Shown: piece after piece, positions 62,235 to 64,000 of the stretch
Numbering within the stretch: position 1 is the stretch's first letter
Layout: each line of letters opens with the position of its first letter
Source: Carpediemonas membranifera BICM
Lineage: Eukaryota > Protista > Fornicata
Length of the DNA stretch: 64,000 nucleotides
Direction of reading: 5' to 3'
Assembly: GCA_019828565.1 (NCBI GenBank)
Contig: JAHDYR010000012.1
Span: forward strand, 310,001 to 374,000
The notes under the pieces: generated by a model
Told to the model about the DNA's origin: nothing
Database searches by the model: none
The model's input: only the letters and a program-made list of their open reading frames with translations
Position numbers and translations under genes: made by a program

Positions 62235-63609
62235 CTAGCGGATCCATCCCATCTCCCGGGCTGGCGGGGCACGCGCCTTACCGTACACGGCCGGACGCAC
62301 AGATCGGGCGACAGGCCTCCTGCTCGGATTCGCAGGGTACCTCGGCCTCGTGACCTTGGGGGCGGCGTTCGCGTGGTTGATGGGCTTGGCGGGCTGCGGC
62401 ATAGCGTGGGGTGCTTGGTACCCGCGAGGTCTTGCCGCCTGGTACCGGGGAATGCGGGCCGGGGCGACGGGTCGTCTGGCCCCAGTCCGCGACTCCTCCC
62501 CTATCGTCGTGAGCCTCGCCCCGATCTTGGGCAAGTGTGCCGGCAGGTCGGGCATCGGCGAGACCTTCATCTTGGGCGATACCATACCGTACTTGGGGGA
62601 CGGCAAGTTGACTGCGAGCTGGCGCCCCTGCCGCTTGAACCGGATGGTGTCGACGAGCTGTCTCTTGAGCTGCGGGCTGGGCTGGAGCAGGGGCGGTTGC
62701 CCCTCCGTCCCGGGCATCGTGTGGGCCGTGGGGACGAGGTGTAGGCGGGACCTTATCTCCTGCATCGAGAATAGTGTCTCGATCGAGGGTCGCCGGGAGG
62801 GCTCCTGGCTCAGGCATGCGTTGAGGACGTTCGTCATATCCGTAGAGTAGTGCGAGGCGATGGGCTGGCGGCGGCCGTATAGGACCTTGTTTGCGAGGCC
62901 CTTGAGGTCGTGCGCCTCATACGGATGGCGGAAGGTGAGCATCTCGTAGAGGCAGATGCCGAGTGACCAGACGTCGCTCTTCTCGTTGTACGACCGCGCC
63001 CTCCATATCTCTGGGGAGATGTAGAACGGCGTCCCAATCGACGTCTTGGCGAGCTGGTCGTCGGCCTTGAGCAGCTTCGACACGCCGAGGTCGCCCAGCT
63101 TAACTATGCTCTCTCCCATCATGAAGATATTCGCAGTCTTGAGGTCCCTGTGCAGGATCTTGCGGCCGTGCAGGTGCTTAAGGGCCAGGGCGACCTGGAG
63201 GAACATCGACCAGACTTGGGCCTCGTCGAAGAGGCGGCGGCGCTTCTTCCGCTCGTAGATGGCCTGCTGGAGGTCGCCCTTCGGGGCGTAGTCCATGACG
63301 ATGAAGAGTTTGTCGTTCTCGAAGAAGGAGTCGTAGTAGCGGCAGATGTTGGGGGATGACACGCTTGCAAGCAGACGGATCTCGTTCAGTGATTCCTGTC
63401 TTTCCCTGTGTTATGCTGGTATGACGTGGTGGAACTAACCTTGGGCTCATGTTGCGCAGTTGGACTTCCTTGATGGCGTAACTGTATAATGGAGCTAAAG
63501 ATATCACGAACACTTTGGAATCGGAGCGGCGCTTGACCTTATATACGGCTCCATATGAACCTTTGCCTAGAAATGTTTCTATGGCGAATTCCTTCATTGA
63601 AGTCGCCAT
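62235..63609 (-). CDS. NIMA-related (NEK) Ser/Thr kinase; introns 63482-63511 and 63406-63439
   Basis: GKGSYG, YAIK, SLNEIRLLAS, HRDLKTANIF, KLGDLG, IGTPFYISPE, YNEKSDVWSLG. Confidence 0.9.
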
Positions 63610-63850
63610 CTTGTTTCTCTCTTCACTCTGGAAATTCGGGAAAATTCTACCCGAGTCACATCCGAGTTCCGGAAAATTGGTCACCCAACGATCTTTCGTA
63701 GCAGATGTATTGCAAGAATATGCCGCGTATCGATGATTTCACCCCTCCCTTCGTCCCGTAGTACGATTCCCCGAAATGTCAGATCTGCGCACAACCTCCA
63801 TCATTCTGCAATATGCCCTTTTAATGTAACAAACGGCACCTAGCGACATC

Positions 63851-64000
63851 CTACAGTACAATCTTCCCGTCCCCGAGCCCCTCTTCCTTGGCCTCGTCCA
63901 CCATCCTCATGTTGTTCTGACTCATCGACAGTCGGCCATGAATCGTCCTCAGCTCCCCGGGCCCCTCTACAGGACTACAGGCCCACACATTGGTGCCGGG
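63851..64000 (-). CDS. 3' end of a gene entering from beyond the window
   Basis: Open frame ...ELRTIHGRLSMSQNNMRMVDEAKEEGLGDGKIVL*, TAG at 63851-53. Confidence 0.45.
   Translation of the reverse strand, partial: PGTNVWACSPVEGPGELRTIHGRLSMSQNNMRMVDEAKEEGLGDGKIVL

Overview
Gene-dense, GC-rich eukaryotic DNA with very short (28-34 nt) spliceosomal introns and the standard genetic code. It is most consistent with a free-living fornicate/metamonad protist such as Carpediemonas (inference). There are about 30 host genes, mostly on the minus strand, including KCS, a WDFY3-like BEACH protein, NOP16, a BET-like bromodomain protein, a TMX3-like PDI, VAP, HGH1, PIGW, a SAMHD1-like HD protein, CDC45 and a NEK kinase. 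Three candidate C/D box snoRNAs are also present. The most unusual feature is a nested pair of chromodomain-bearing Ty3/gypsy retrotransposons at 12272-20852. The outer element has 43-bp LTRs and an ACGAA TSD; the inner antisense element has identical 82-bp LTRs and a CTTA TSD. Neither has a tRNA-type (TGG) primer-binding site. In both, a different perfect 10-bp palindrome starts exactly at the terminal A of the 5' LTR, which suggests a possibly undescribed priming mechanism. Other notable items are a predicted 3-nt micro-exon, a candidate snoRNA antisense to the sarcin-ricin loop, and a shared core-promoter motif. All protein identities come from motif recognition by eye; no database searches were run.
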